Shown: in pieces, positions 47,216 through 60,136 of the stretch
Layout: the number at the start of each line of letters is the position of its first letter
How positions within the stretch are numbered: the stretch's first letter is position 1
Source of the DNA: Aplysia californica
Taxonomy: Eukaryota
Direction: 5' to 3'
Length of the DNA stretch: 64,000 bases
Assembly: GCF_000002075.1 (NCBI RefSeq)
Contig: NW_004797308.1
Span: forward strand, 2,050,317-2,114,316
Translations under genes and position numbers: made by a program
The notes under the pieces: generated by a model
Databases searched by the model: none
The model's input: the letters and a program-made list of their open reading frames with translations, nothing else
Told to the model about the DNA's origin: nothing

Positions 47216-50152
47216 GGGAGATACACCTGATAAGACTGGCGGCACGAAAAAATTCACCTAAAATTCATTTTTTTATATTTTCAATTACTTTTTTCTACCG
47301 TGTCCCTTTTTAAAAAAAATTGCAGGTGAGATACCAAGCTTTAAAATGAGAATACGTGCTTTTGAATATAACGTCAAAGAAGGTGGCAAAATGCAAAACC
47401 ATGAACAAGTTGAAATTTCACGATAAGAAAAGATAACAAAATTGCGCACATGATTCTGAACATAATTGTAGGAATTTCAAAACAACAAAAATAAATTAAG
47501 TAAATGAGGTACCAATGCATCTTTTGTCTGTTTTAGATTTTCAATATACTTATTGTAAAAAAAATATATCAGCCCCAAAATGTCAGCAATTTTTTTTCTT
47601 AAAATTTTATGATATCAAGAGTGATGAAAAATAAAGTATGCAGAATATCAAAAATCTAAAACAGACAAATGGTGGCAAAAACAATAAAATAGAAATGCTG
47701 AAAATTTGAAGGAAATCGGTTAAGAAATAAGGGAGATATCGTGCGCGCAGCCTCTAAAACTGTTGATTTTAGGAGAAAATCGACAACCAAAAATTTGCAC
47801 TAACCTTTTATTTATACGAATGAGCCCCCCTTGCATAAGTTCCATCTTCTTTTGCCTCGTCTGCTGCTTTCTTTTCTCTCCTCTTCTGCCTGCTATACTC
47901 CAAAGATGCTTCTGTTGTGCGGATTTCTGCCCTTTTTGTCCTCTGCGAATCCTCACTTGCAAAGAACTGTCGTGCTAATGTCCCACGAGGAATGTCGAGG
48001 CGCTCCAAGACTTTCGATAAACTTTTCATACCGTCATTGAACGTTATTGTGGCAAGGCCAACGGCTGTTCTCACTGCCTTAGCCCCATGGTACTGGTTTT
48101 TTGGGCGAATCTTCCATATTTTCTGATTGACAGATTCATTTGCATTTTGTGTATAGCTATCAAGGCACCTGTTGAGAAGATCTGGGTGGGTTAGGTCCTT
48201 GAAAATTGGTTTGCATATTTCCAAGACTGCTTCAGGAAGGCTGCTTTTGTGATCATATGGTCTTCCATCTTTTTTTGCCTGAAATTACTTACACCACTTG
48301 ATATTACAGAGCTGGTGACGGGGGCTTTTATTAGTTGACAGTTTGTGGAAGTATATTATTGCCAATATGCTTTCACGCATTCCAACAGAGTTGTGCTTGT
48401 TGTCACGGATCGCGTTCCCAAAGTACGTTTGTATTTGGTCGATCTGCTTGTCTGTCAGTCTACCTGCACCACCAATACTCTTTCTGTCTTTCAGCTTTTT
48501 ACCAGAATAACTTGACTTGAGTTTTCGAAGTCTCGTTCCCATTCGTTTTTGAACATGGCCGACACATTCAATTTTCTCGACTGCCTTTTCCCCATATGGT
48601 TTTGACTCCGACACAGTTTTGAAAGAATTGGTGTCACCATCCCCAATGTACCGGGTATACCGTAAGTTGCTCTTTTCAACTGATCTTGAAAAAATTTCAA
48701 CCCCAGACTTAGCTTCCATGGAGCCAGACGACCCGTCATGTGACGCCTCATAAACAGAAGGGTGGCTTCTTAACCAAGTTTCGTATTCGACCGACTGGGT
48801 TTCTTTTCTCTTTGACCAATAGTCACAACTCTTACAAACCTTTGATCTTACAGCGGTATCTAATACTTTTCCTGTTACACAACCGATTGCATTGACTACT
48901 CCTATATTTGAGGAAAAGCCCCGACTCATGCATGTCCCATCGACAGAAGTATCGGTGTCTCGCGGTGTCTTCAGCTTCATCACTGTTGGTGAGCGAAAAC
49001 TCGATAGCAGCAGCTTTTGTCATGCTCTCATTTTGAATGTTATCTACAGCTTCACCAAGACTGCTTTTTATTTTCTGATACGATGGCTTTGTCACTGGTG
49101 GAGGCAAGTTCATAATGCCACAAAAAGTCTGCAGGGCAGTTAGGCCGCATCCAATGTACCGCATTGCAAGAGCAATCCGTCTATTTATCGAGTGATTGAT
49201 AAGTCCACTAGACCCACTTGACCACCTTTTAGCTGCCACAGAAGGGTCAGAAAAGAATGGCTCAGAAACTTTGCATTTTCCGTTCTCACAAATGAAATGA
49301 AAGACACTCCCCAACCCACTTCGCTTTTCTTCAACGAGCCGTGCTGTACTATGACAATGTCGGCAGACAAGATCCGATTCTATTTGGTTTCTGAGAATGT
49401 CAAAGTCAATAATTCTGTAACCAGAGTCATTTTCTAGATTTAGATCTAAATCTTCCCCCTCAGAATCAGAATTATCACTACTAGATCTAGAGCAGTCTTT
49501 ATCACCGCCATAGAGGCCTTCTAACTTGATCTTTGATCTGCTGTAGGTTGGAGAAGTTGGAGCATGATTTCTATTTTGATCTGGAGTCTGTAGGCCTACG
49601 TTGTTGTTGTTGTTGTTAGAACTACTAATAGAGTCAGACCCATTTGATCTGGAAACATCTTCTTCCCCCACTTCAGATAACCTTTTTTTCGATGCAAACT
49701 GGTTGTTACTTTTGAAGAAGCCTTTCCTCTTCTTAGGTCTGGTTCCACTGGGCCTAGGCATTTTCAACTTCACAAGAACTCAAAGCAAGACACTCTCTCT
49801 TTTTGTTCTCACGATAACAAGTGTTACGTTTCACTTCCCAATGTTTACAATGTTGAATTTCCGCCTTAAAAGGGAGTAGTTCATTATTTGGAACAGTTTT
49901 TGACAATGCAAATAGCGCAGCTTTCCCCAACAAAATCAAAACAAACTCGTTGCTAGGGTAAACAAAGTAAACATCACATCAACTGGTTACACCTAGGTTC
50001 AGAAAAAACATTGTAAAATAAAAACTAATCAACTGATTCTAAAAATTTAAAAACCAAAATAAACTAGAATAATAGCCGCTCCCTAATAACTAGAAATGAA
50101 CCATTAGTTCGTGATTCGGTAATTTCGCATTTTGTCAGGTGTATCTCCCTCC
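47216..50152 (-). mobile_element. Kolobok-like (Mutator-like DDE domain) DNA transposon
   Basis: 15-bp TIR GGGAGATACACCTGA at 47216-47230 and its reverse complement at 50135-50149; right end ...CTCC|TTAA; a TTAA lies 8 bp outside the left TIR. Confidence 0.75.
47808..49761 (-). pseudogene. Frameshifted DDE transposase (Kolobok/Mutator-like)
   Basis: Three ORF pieces (48832-49761, 48285-48983, 47808-48224) with CRHC..C, SVDGT..RG, HDGSSGSME, YIGDGD, ECVGHVQKRMGTRLR, GRLTD and TQNANES motifs. Confidence 0.85.
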
Positions 50153-53100
50153 TTAACAGTTAAAGCTCAAGGAGGTTGATTGGCATTTTTCCAATGTTCA
50201 AATTTTGGTGTCAGAGTTGACTCAAGTTTTGTTTTACCGTCTGTGTTAACATAGATAATATGTAATAATGTAGTTGGTGATACAAAATTTGTCAGGGAAT
50301 GGTGGTAGTCAGTGAGGAGTCTGATGTCAAAACCAAAACATTGGCCAAATGTGCGATGAGTTTCTTGTGCACATATAAGTGTACAGTATTTTATGGTATA
50401 AGATCAGGTGTTCTGGTGAAACGTGAGGAAAAATGATGTATACTCGTGACTAGGCGGATGCTTGGACGGATAATAGCATCTGTTATTTGGGCATTATTAT
50501 TTGTTTATTACTATTGTTTCAGACTGTCACATGTAATTTATGGCGCTCATATGACCTTATGTAGTTGCGAGCGCTGTAAAACCTCTACTAAAACTAAAAA
50601 ACATGTGACTTTGAAGAATGTTCTGCTTGCTTCCCTTCCCTTCATTTCATGCATTTTTCTCAGCTCAGACTGGCATATGACACAGACATTGTAACTATGG
50701 AAAGGCTATTACTCTGTCTGTCAGCAAATTTATTTTTAAAAGTTAGGCTCAGTCTTGTTTTCTTTGAGCTTTGGAATAGCTGTTGTTGAGTCAAATAGGC
50801 ATCGTTTTAGTTCATTTGATTTGAAGAGAGCAACAAAGAGGTGTATCTCTGGATGCAAAATCATGTAATGCAGTCAGCGCTGCCACTGCAACGTTGTCAT
50901 GTCATGAGTGGATTAACTGTCTCACACAGTTAGTTCCAATAATTCACTTGGACCAGAGTAGAGAACATTGTCCAAGTCCAATCTTTTGCCAGATAAAAGG
51001 AGAGAATTTGTACAAACTTGCAAAATCAAATCTAGAGTGTGTGACTATGACATCAGAATGGGGTGGAGTGTAATGGGCTCTCTGGTTTGGTGTGCTTTGT
51101 GTATTTCTCTCATTATGACGGCTATTGTCCTTGTCTGGTCCCGAAAAAACATACCATGATTTTCATTAGTTTTTTAAAAAATGGTATTATTTCTTCTTTT
51201 TTTTTTTATTGTTGGTGAAATGGCTTAACTCTTCACAGTTTGTCACTTGCAAAAGATCTTAGTTTGATCTTAGTTTGATTCTCTGGTGGGGAAGTTATTT
51301 TGTCAAGTGTATCTGTCTTTGTGTGCTGGGATGCTGTATCCCTCTCAGCCCTTGTCAGCCCTTGAAGTAGTGTGGTACCCCCCCCCCTCCCCATCTTGAA
51401 TGGTACAAATTGGGTTGATGGGAGCTTAAAACTTCAACACACCCACCTGCGTGGTCAAAATGCTGCCATTATCATTCCAACACTCCAGTTCACTGCGACT
51501 CAACTCGGTTATGGTCAATTAAAATTATATTTGACCCAGGGCAGCCCAGGCTCAAGCTATCCTCTTTACATCCCACCACCAGCTCCTGTGGTGTAGCGGT
51601 TAGGTTCTGTGCTGTCACACATAGGAGACGCGAGTTTTTCCGTGAAGCAAAGTTTTTTTTTTTAATGCACTACTAAAAATATCTCGATCTGTCTGCTGGG
51701 ATATTGTATCCCTCTCAACCTGGATTGGCCTTGACAGGCAGAGTTAACGTAGCTTACCTTCTAAACGATCAATATAGTCACTGGGAGTACAGAACAGAAG
51801 GGTTAATGGGGGGGGGGGAGGAGTTCAAATTAGACACCATACCCCACAACTTGCCTTGCAAGTCTGCCTGACCACTGTAGTGCCTGAAATAGTGTGTTGT
51901 TTTCGGTCTTGCAGTTGACAGGTGAACTGTTCTCAAATGTCATGAGAATGTTTGTGCTCAAACTACTCTAAGTGAAATTTTGTTCACCTGTGTTCTCCGT
52001 AGGTTGCAGTCAAATGTGAGGTTTGTTGCTGAAGAAATGTAGGTCTCCCCAACTGAAAAACATACAAATAGTGTACCTCTTTTTCCTGCAAAAACTAGTT
52101 AGGCCTACTGTTCTGAGTTGGTGGTTGGAAGGTACCACTGGTAGGTATTCCCAAAGGGGGGACATTAACATGTTCTTATGCTCAGTAGAATTGTAAATGG
52201 GCTCATTCATCAATGAAATGCTCATACCTGTATCTGTACTGCATGCAGAGAACTGCTGCTTTTTCTTTCCTTATCCTTACTATTGTCATTTTTCCTCTAC
52301 TTCTTTTGTATGTCATGTTTGTCTCGCTCTTGTGACTCGCTGTTTCCGGGGTGCCTTGATAGTCGAAGCAGACTTTGAGCTGTTGAAGCTAGAGAGGTGA
52401 GCAGAGTAAGCCTGATGCCCTGTAAGGACTTCTCTGTTGACATCCACCCCTTGGCACTCATATGACCTAATGCAGCTGTGAGCTCCGTAAAACCTCTACT
52501 AAAACTAAATAAAAAACCACTAGTAAGTCCAATTTCTTTTTTTTTCACACTGTTGTTTCTGTCTGTCTATCTGTCTTATTTTTTCCCCTGTACTTAATGA
52601 CCATTATTGTGTTGGATATGCTTCTCTTTGCTCAAGCAAACTAGCCAGTGTTTGCTGTGCAGGTTAGTGTCAGAGCAGGTTCCTTTAAGTGCATAATAGT
52701 CACGAGACCTCATGATTTATGCTTTATGTGAAAAATCCTCAGTCATTGATTTGAGGAAAGACTATGCCGTCTTCTTCAGGTAATTGCTGTGGCATAATCG
52801 TATACACATTAGAAGGACTGGTATAGGTGGAGGCCAGTTTTGCTGTGTTATTTTCATTCTATAGCAAAACAGTTCAGTATATATATGTATAATTCTCATG
52901 GATTAATTTCTGTCTTGACCTCTATGGTAACATTTAGATCAGCATGACAAAGATGAGTGGTCATAGTGTGTGAGTTCATTGTCCATATTTGTTGTGTTTT
53001 TTTGTGCTTTCTCTTTGTTTTGTGGGTGATTGGCAGGTGCTCTGGTGTGGTTTGCTTCCTCTTTCCTATCAAACATCTATCGTCCTTATCTCCCCTTCTT

Positions 53101-54596
53101 CTTTTTTATGTTTGTTACTCTCTTGTAACACCTAATTTTCTGGCACTCATATGAGCGTATGCAGTTTTGAGTGCCGTAAAACCTCTACTAAAACTAACTC
53201 TCTTTGTTTTGGGGGGATTTTTTAATTTTTACCATGTCATTGTTTTAAAAAGGCAGATAGTTTAATTGCTTCCACTTTTATTCTACTTTTCAAATGGTAC
53301 TGCCAGTTTCTTATTCTTTCTTAATCTTCATTCTTCTGTCTCCTTGCTATATTATTATGGTCCAGTTTCTTTTGCCACTCATTCTTCATTCTCATTTTTT
53401 TGTGTCCTGTATGGGGTGTTATGTGAATGACATTTGACAGGCTTGTTTTGAGCCTTTTAAATTTTTAGAAAAGTTGTGTGCTTTAATTTATTATTGGCGT
53501 ATGTGTCGAACATTGAAGTATTACTGCAAAAATGTATGTTTGCTACTGACATACATGTATGGGTTTAGGCTTCAGTTTTCTGGAACAAACCTGCGTAGAG
53601 AAGCACCCTTCCCCCTTCCCCTACCCCCTAAATTTCTGTGCTGGACATAAGTCAAATTTAAGTTATTACTGTACCTGTATATATATTATTCTTATGTTTG
53701 TTTTTAGTCATTCTCCATTAAGATATGATTGTAAATCCTAGATTTTACAGCATTAATAATTGTTAGGCGTAGTGGGTTTCAAAACAGCATCACTCATTGT
53801 CAGCGATATAATGTTTGGCATATTGTGACAGTGGTGCGTACATAAAGTTGCGCTAAGGGTCTTTTTTTAAAGCAGGCTCTGTTGTTGTTCGGGGAAGCCT
53901 TGGATCGGTTGTAAAAAGTATGAAGACTTCTCAGTGTAAGACTCCATCGTACCTCATGGTTTTAGATGGTGTATGGCAGAGCTTTGCTCTAGGATGTCAA
54001 TGAGAGCGTAATCATGACTGTTTACCTTCATTCCTTCTCTCATTTTTATTGATTACTTCATAGGGGGTGGGAGGGGAGGGNNNNNNNNNNNNNNNNNNNN
54101 NNNNNNNNNNNNNNNNNNNNNNNNNNNNNNNNNNNNNNNNNNNNNNNNNNNNNNNNNNNNNNNNNNNNNNNNNNNNNNNNNNNNNNNNNNNNNNNNNNNN
54201 NNNNNNNNNNNNNNNNNNNNNNNNNNNNNNNNNNNNNNNNNNNNNNNNNNNNNNNNNNNNNNNNNNNNNNNNNNNNNNNNNNNNNNNNNNNNNNNNNNNN
54301 NNNNNNNNNNNNNNNNNNNNNNNNNNNNNNNNNNNNNNNNNNNNNNNNNNNNNNNNNNNNNNNNNNNNNNNNNNNNNNNNNNNNNNNNNNNNNNNNNNNN
54401 NNNNNNNNNNNNNNNNNNNNNNNNNNNNNNNNNNNNNNNNNNNNNNNNNNNNNNNNNNNNNNNNNNNNNNNNNNNNNNNNNNNNNNNNNNNNNNNNNTCT
54501 ATATTACACAAGATGGTCAGCTTTCGTGCAATAAAAAAAATAAAAAATGAAATCCATAAATAGAATCTAACTCTTTCCCTGGCTATTTTTAATCTA

Positions 54597-55426
54597 CGAT
54601 GGGCGTACCAAAAGTTTTTACCTGTTAGTGTGTGGCCTTGAAAAAACCTTAAGAATAGAAGACCCTCTCTTTGTCAGAAATTCAGCCTTCTACCTCTTCT
54701 TTGATCTCGTCATCACTTTCAAAATGCCTTCCCTTTAAATTCTATTTCAGTTTGGGGAATTTTAAAAAGTTGGACAAGGCTACATCTGGAAAATTTAGTG
54801 GATGTGGCCAAATTTCATAGCCACTTTCTTGCACAGTTTCTGCAGCTTTTCTTGAATTGTGAGCTGGCGCTTTTTTGTGAAGCAGTAAAATGTCTATTCG
54901 GATCTTTCCTCTTGTAATTTTTTTTTTAGCTGGTTAGAATAATGGTCTCCGGTGATCGTATATCCATTTTTAAGATAGTCTGAGTCATAATCACTCCTTA
55001 ACGTTTCAATAAAACTGATAGCATCACATTTCCACTTGATGGCTGCACTTTTGCCTTCTTTGGTGTTGGAGACGAGGGCGGTTTCCACTTCATTGATGCA
55101 GATTTTGACTCAGGATCATAGTGTTGGACACATGTTACACATCCATGGTTACAGGTCTTTCAAAAAATTTACTTGTAGTTGCTTGCCTTGCAAGAACAAA
55201 AACTTCATTACTGCCCTGTGCTCAATTTTCTCCATGTTTATGTTGAAACTGGTGAACAACATACCCCCATTCACTTACAGTGCCCTGGTGTTAAAACCAG
55301 TGATTGGAAATTCCCTCCAGAATTTCCGTGCCTTCCTGGAAGATAACTGTTGACTTTGACCCCAAATTTAAGTTTTCTACTTTTATTTCTTCATGGTCGG
55401 GTAAAAAACTTTTGGTATGCCCCTCG
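54597..55426 (-). mobile_element. Internally deleted mariner relic
   Basis: TA-flanked TIRs CGATGGGCGTACCAAAAGTTTTTACC / GGTAAAAAACTTTTGGTATGCCCCTCG; minus-strand remnants MEKIEHRAVMKFLFL, DYLKNGYTITGDHY and HPLNFPDVALSNF (degenerate YSPDLAPSD). Confidence 0.8.
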
Positions 55427-57969
55427 TATACCATACAATTCTCAAGAAAGAAGTAAATTTTTAAAATCTAACTGCAAAATGTAAAATAAAAGAGGGGAAA
55501 GGATTTTTTGACCCGTTTGTCCTTCTTTGACTCTAGATCTTCATGTGTGCTTTTAGTTTTGTGGTTGAAGAAAAATATCTTTAGCTGTAAGAGTAGGGTA
55601 GTGGCCAAAATATGCCTCTCTTATTTTGCCTTGTACAAGTGTTTTATGCCGCTGTCCTCAATCCAGTCACGTTGAACCTGGATCTGTTGTCTCTCACGAT
55701 TGTAACCCATGTATGTATATTTGTAAGTAATGTAAATCCTTGAAGGGGAGGGGGATTTTTCACCTTTTGTCATTTTACGTCTACTGTTTGAGAACGCAGA
55801 AACCTGTATTGTTCATGTATTGTGACTATATTGAGAATTTGACGCTTGCTTTGGCGAATTAAATTCATTGTGCCTTCTGAAGCTGAGTGTATTGCCTTTG
55901 TTTAAAGATATGTTCACTTGTGTTTTGTAGTACCTATTATTATTTTTTCTAAAGGAGAAAATATAGATTAATGATTAAACAAACATTTACTGGGATGTAG
56001 ATAAATTTTTAATGAGTTATTCCACCTCAGTGGAGGGTAAAACTTTTTCCTGGTTTCTTGTCTTAGTCACCCTGGTTCTCGGTGATGAAATGGATAGGCT
56101 CTGCACTTTACTTAGCAGAAGAGGTGAGTTCAGTTGCCAGGCGAGGAAGTGTCTGCTCCCTCAAGTGTTTTCTTCACTGTATGGGTTGGCTCTGACAGGC
56201 AGGATTGCAGCAGCCCACCTTCTAAATGACGTAAATTGTGTTAATGGGGGCGTTAATATTATTATTAATATTAATAATCAATTTAGAGAGATGTGTGCAA
56301 ATGCAAGTCTACGGTGAAGTTTTGCTTACTTTAAAGTTTGTCTAAAAGTTGAATCTGCCCATATCAACAGTCATTGTACCTATCTACAAAGAACAGAACT
56401 GGGATTGAGCCTTTGCCTAAAAAAAGCCTCAGTGGGTCAGTTGTAGCATGTTATTGAAAAGTCCTTGACCCTCATGACCCGTTGATCTTCTTCCAGGCTA
56501 TAATTTTGTCAGAAATTTGACTATGATGAGAGCAATATGGGGCCCAGGAATTTAAATTCTACTTTTCAATTTAGATACACTTCTGGAAAAATCTGCATTG
56601 TATTGAGACATAAAAATAACTTCATAGGGTTAAAAAAAATCCTTTATTAGAAGCTTGGACCTGAGGGTGTGGCTTTCGAGTGGAAACATACAAAACATAG
56701 ACCACATCTCTGTATCTCAGTACAATAACCCATTTGATTATAATTATGATAATAATTATGAAAATAATTGCATTTACACATAGCACATATATATAATATA
56801 TGTATGCTCTATGCCCTTTACAACTATTATTACCATCAAACATGACTTGGAAATATTCTTGGCTTCTGCAAAGCATTCAGTGCAAGTAGCCAATGAAGCC
56901 CTAAAACATTATCAAGCTGATAAAATCTTTTGCTGTGTTTCACGCAGTACTCATTCCCACCTGGGTGGAGTGTGGAAAATTTGTGTAAAGAGCCTTTCCC
57001 ATGGACACGAGGGGCTCCTGATGGAATTCAAACCCACAACCTTACGGACATCCACATTGACACGATTTTGATGATTAATTCACAAGGCGAACTACTTCAA
57101 CCCTATCATAGAGAGTGGTCAACTCAAGCTGAATGGGATGTATGGAGATATGTGTTAAGTAAAACTCCCTTGCAAGGGAATCAAACTGATATGATCTTCC
57201 ACATGGAACAGCGAAGAGCCTAATCATTACACTTACACTTCAAATACCTGTAGTAAAAAACAAAAGTTCCCATATCAAGAAAACAACAAATAAAATAACT
57301 CATGTCAACACAAATATGCTCTCGGGCCGTTTTATTATGAAACTTGTACATGTAATAATATGTTCACAATGAAAAGTTTGAATAGGTCACCAATGGAATG
57401 ATAGAACACAACATATCATCGCATAAACGTGCTATACATGAACATGGGCCTTGATTACACAAGAGCCTTAACACTTCTGGATCATACTAATGTACAATTG
57501 AGCTTCACGAATTCTCCACAGTTGTCTTCCAGACATATTCAGAGCAACAGCCTTAATTAATCTGTATTATCCATGTCAATGACAACGTAATTATTACAGC
57601 AACAATCATCTGGGCCATTTTTTTTTTGCATTCCAATTGGAAACTTGCCATTCACATTCAGACTTTCAGTTTAATAAAGAAAAACCAGAGATAAAGATTT
57701 ATCCCAAATAAATAAACAATAATAATGCCACTACTCTCAGGGAGTTGAACTTTTAGAAATTTAATTAAGAAAAGTGTCAAAGACAAATAAATCATTAACA
57801 AGCTCCCCAGTAGGTCTGACAGAACTTTAAAACTCGGAACAAGTCGAAAAAATCAAATTTCTCATTAAGTTCGTTTTACTCTATCATATTTAATTACTGG
57901 AAAGGCATCAATCAACTTCTCTTTGCTCAAGCAACCAACAAGAAAAGGAGATACATGTACAACATTAGC

Positions 57970-57971
<2 letters not shown>

Positions 57972-58030
<59 letters not shown>
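57972..58030. repeat. (AC)n microsatellite
   Basis: Direct inspection. Confidence 0.95.
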
Positions 58031-58032
<2 letters not shown>

Positions 58033-59959
58033 GGTTTTGGCAATTGCCAAAATCCCACCACTTTGGGTTGCTTTAGTGCTAACACTAACAGGAAACTGCA
58101 TGTGTACACGTAAATCACTTTGCAGCTGGCTTTGTCAAACTCTACACAGACAGCCCAAGAAACTAAATATTACTGTACAGCTCCAGTCTCCCTCTTTCTA
58201 AACTATATAACGAAGTGCAACAGCTAGTCTCAATAGACAGACATAAAAAAGAAAAATCTTGCATTTTCGTTTCAGTAATGAAGCCACACATGTTTAGGAA
58301 TCTAGATAATAAAATTTATCATAGCTCTTTTTAATTGTTTATAATTTTCCTGATAAGAAATCACTTTCTTCAGCCAGCAAGAAATTACATTGCAATATTA
58401 CATGCTTTTCGCCCTGAGATGTTTGAGGCTTCCTGACCCACACTGACAGGCACAAAAACAGAGAGTGATATTGGTGAACACAAAATTCTAGTAACAATGT
58501 AAGTGAAGTAAGGCAGGCGGAGAAACACTCCAGTAGCAGACCTTGTACAGAGGAATAAACAGCAGATTCAGAGTGAAAAACGACGGCAACATCACCAGCA
58601 TATATTCCCAGCACAGAGTAGTAAGTAGCAAAAAGTACAAAATTAAGAATCAGCGACAAACCAAGCATTTATACTGTACCTGGTTATAACAGAAAATTGA
58701 CACAAATACATATACTTGAAGTATATCAATCACAATGTTAGCTTAACTTAAGGCTGGAGTCTCTGACTTTGGGTTTCAGAGGGGACATTGGATGCGACCA
58801 TTCAAAGTGTTAAAAAGGCTTCTGCAACATGACATTACACCAAAACTCCAAGAGAGTTACATCAAGGGTTTAATGACAAAAGTGGTTATCTTCAGAATTC
58901 AAACTCACTTTTTTTCTCTCTAGATCGCTAGTGCAGGAGGTTTCATTTGGTTTCTCAAAACTTGCTGTAAATAATGAGTTTTCATATAAACTGCTTTGAC
59001 TCAGTTTTTTCTTGAAAAGCCTACATGATTGTGATTCATACAATCAGACTTTTCAAAATTGTTCCTGTGTTTGGGCATATCGCAATCATCAGTTTTCAGC
59101 AAGACTTTCATTTCAAATGAGGCAACATCATGCAATATGCCCAATAGTTCTACTTCAGCACAGTCACATTGAGAATACGCCCCAAAAACCAAAACCAAGC
59201 ATGGCATATAGCGTATCTGACACTTCAGAAAAGCAACATAACAGCAATGAACAATCTTGAGTAAAAAAATGACTCAACTCACATAAATAGATTGTAGCAA
59301 ACTAAAAACTGGAATAGATGTGCGTAACTATTTCTTCCCCATCTTAAGCTGTCAAATTTATTCTCATATTCACATCTGGTGAAGAACACAGCCCACTTAC
59401 ACCCACTGACATCCTGAACACCCTTTGGGATGCAGCCACTGAGGGCGTGCAAATCTTTGTCCAGAAGGACAATATCGGAAGGCAGGAATTTAGGGAGTAT
59501 GGAAATGAATCTTTTTTTCCCCAGCAGAACCCAACAGAGCCCCTCTAAATAAAAAAAGAGGTCAAGGACTTTGAGGGTCTCAACATTCTTGGCCAATTTG
59601 CTGAAATTTCTGCCTTCTGCCTGAGGGGGGGAGGGGGGGGGGTTCTGATGTTTGGTAAGAGTTTTACCACTTCAGCAGCAACATAACTTCAAATGAGCAC
59701 AGTATCTACTATGTTGGAGGGCTCCTTCATTTAGAAAATTAAACCTTGATTTGAATCCATTTCTGTTGATACATTTTTTTTCTTATCTTCTCCCATTGAG
59801 GCATGTTTTATATGTAAATCTCACCTCCTATATCTTCCGATAGCCCCTAATAATAAAATGTAGCTGTTATGTTAAGCTGCTAATACCTTTCAAAATATTA
59901 GGGAGTAAAGCAGGTCTAGGGGTTTAACATCTTTACCAACTCTATTAGGTTATCTAAGA

Positions 59960-60136
59960 GCCGAAACTTCCAAATTTTAACATCTGTCCTCCGTCCTCTG
60001 ACAGGACCAAGCCAAATGGGTTGAGAACCTTGACAACTCCACAAAAACAACCCAAGTTCAAGAAAGCCCAGTCTGGGATTCGAACCAGGGCCATCTGCTC
60101 CATGGTCCGGCATGCTACCAACTGACTAACGAAGCA
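59960..60136 (-). mobile_element. tRNA-derived SINE, third family (partial copy at ~12380-12475 +)
   Basis: TAGTCAGTTGGTAGCATG..GGTTCGAATCCCAGACTGGG shared between the two loci. Confidence 0.6.
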
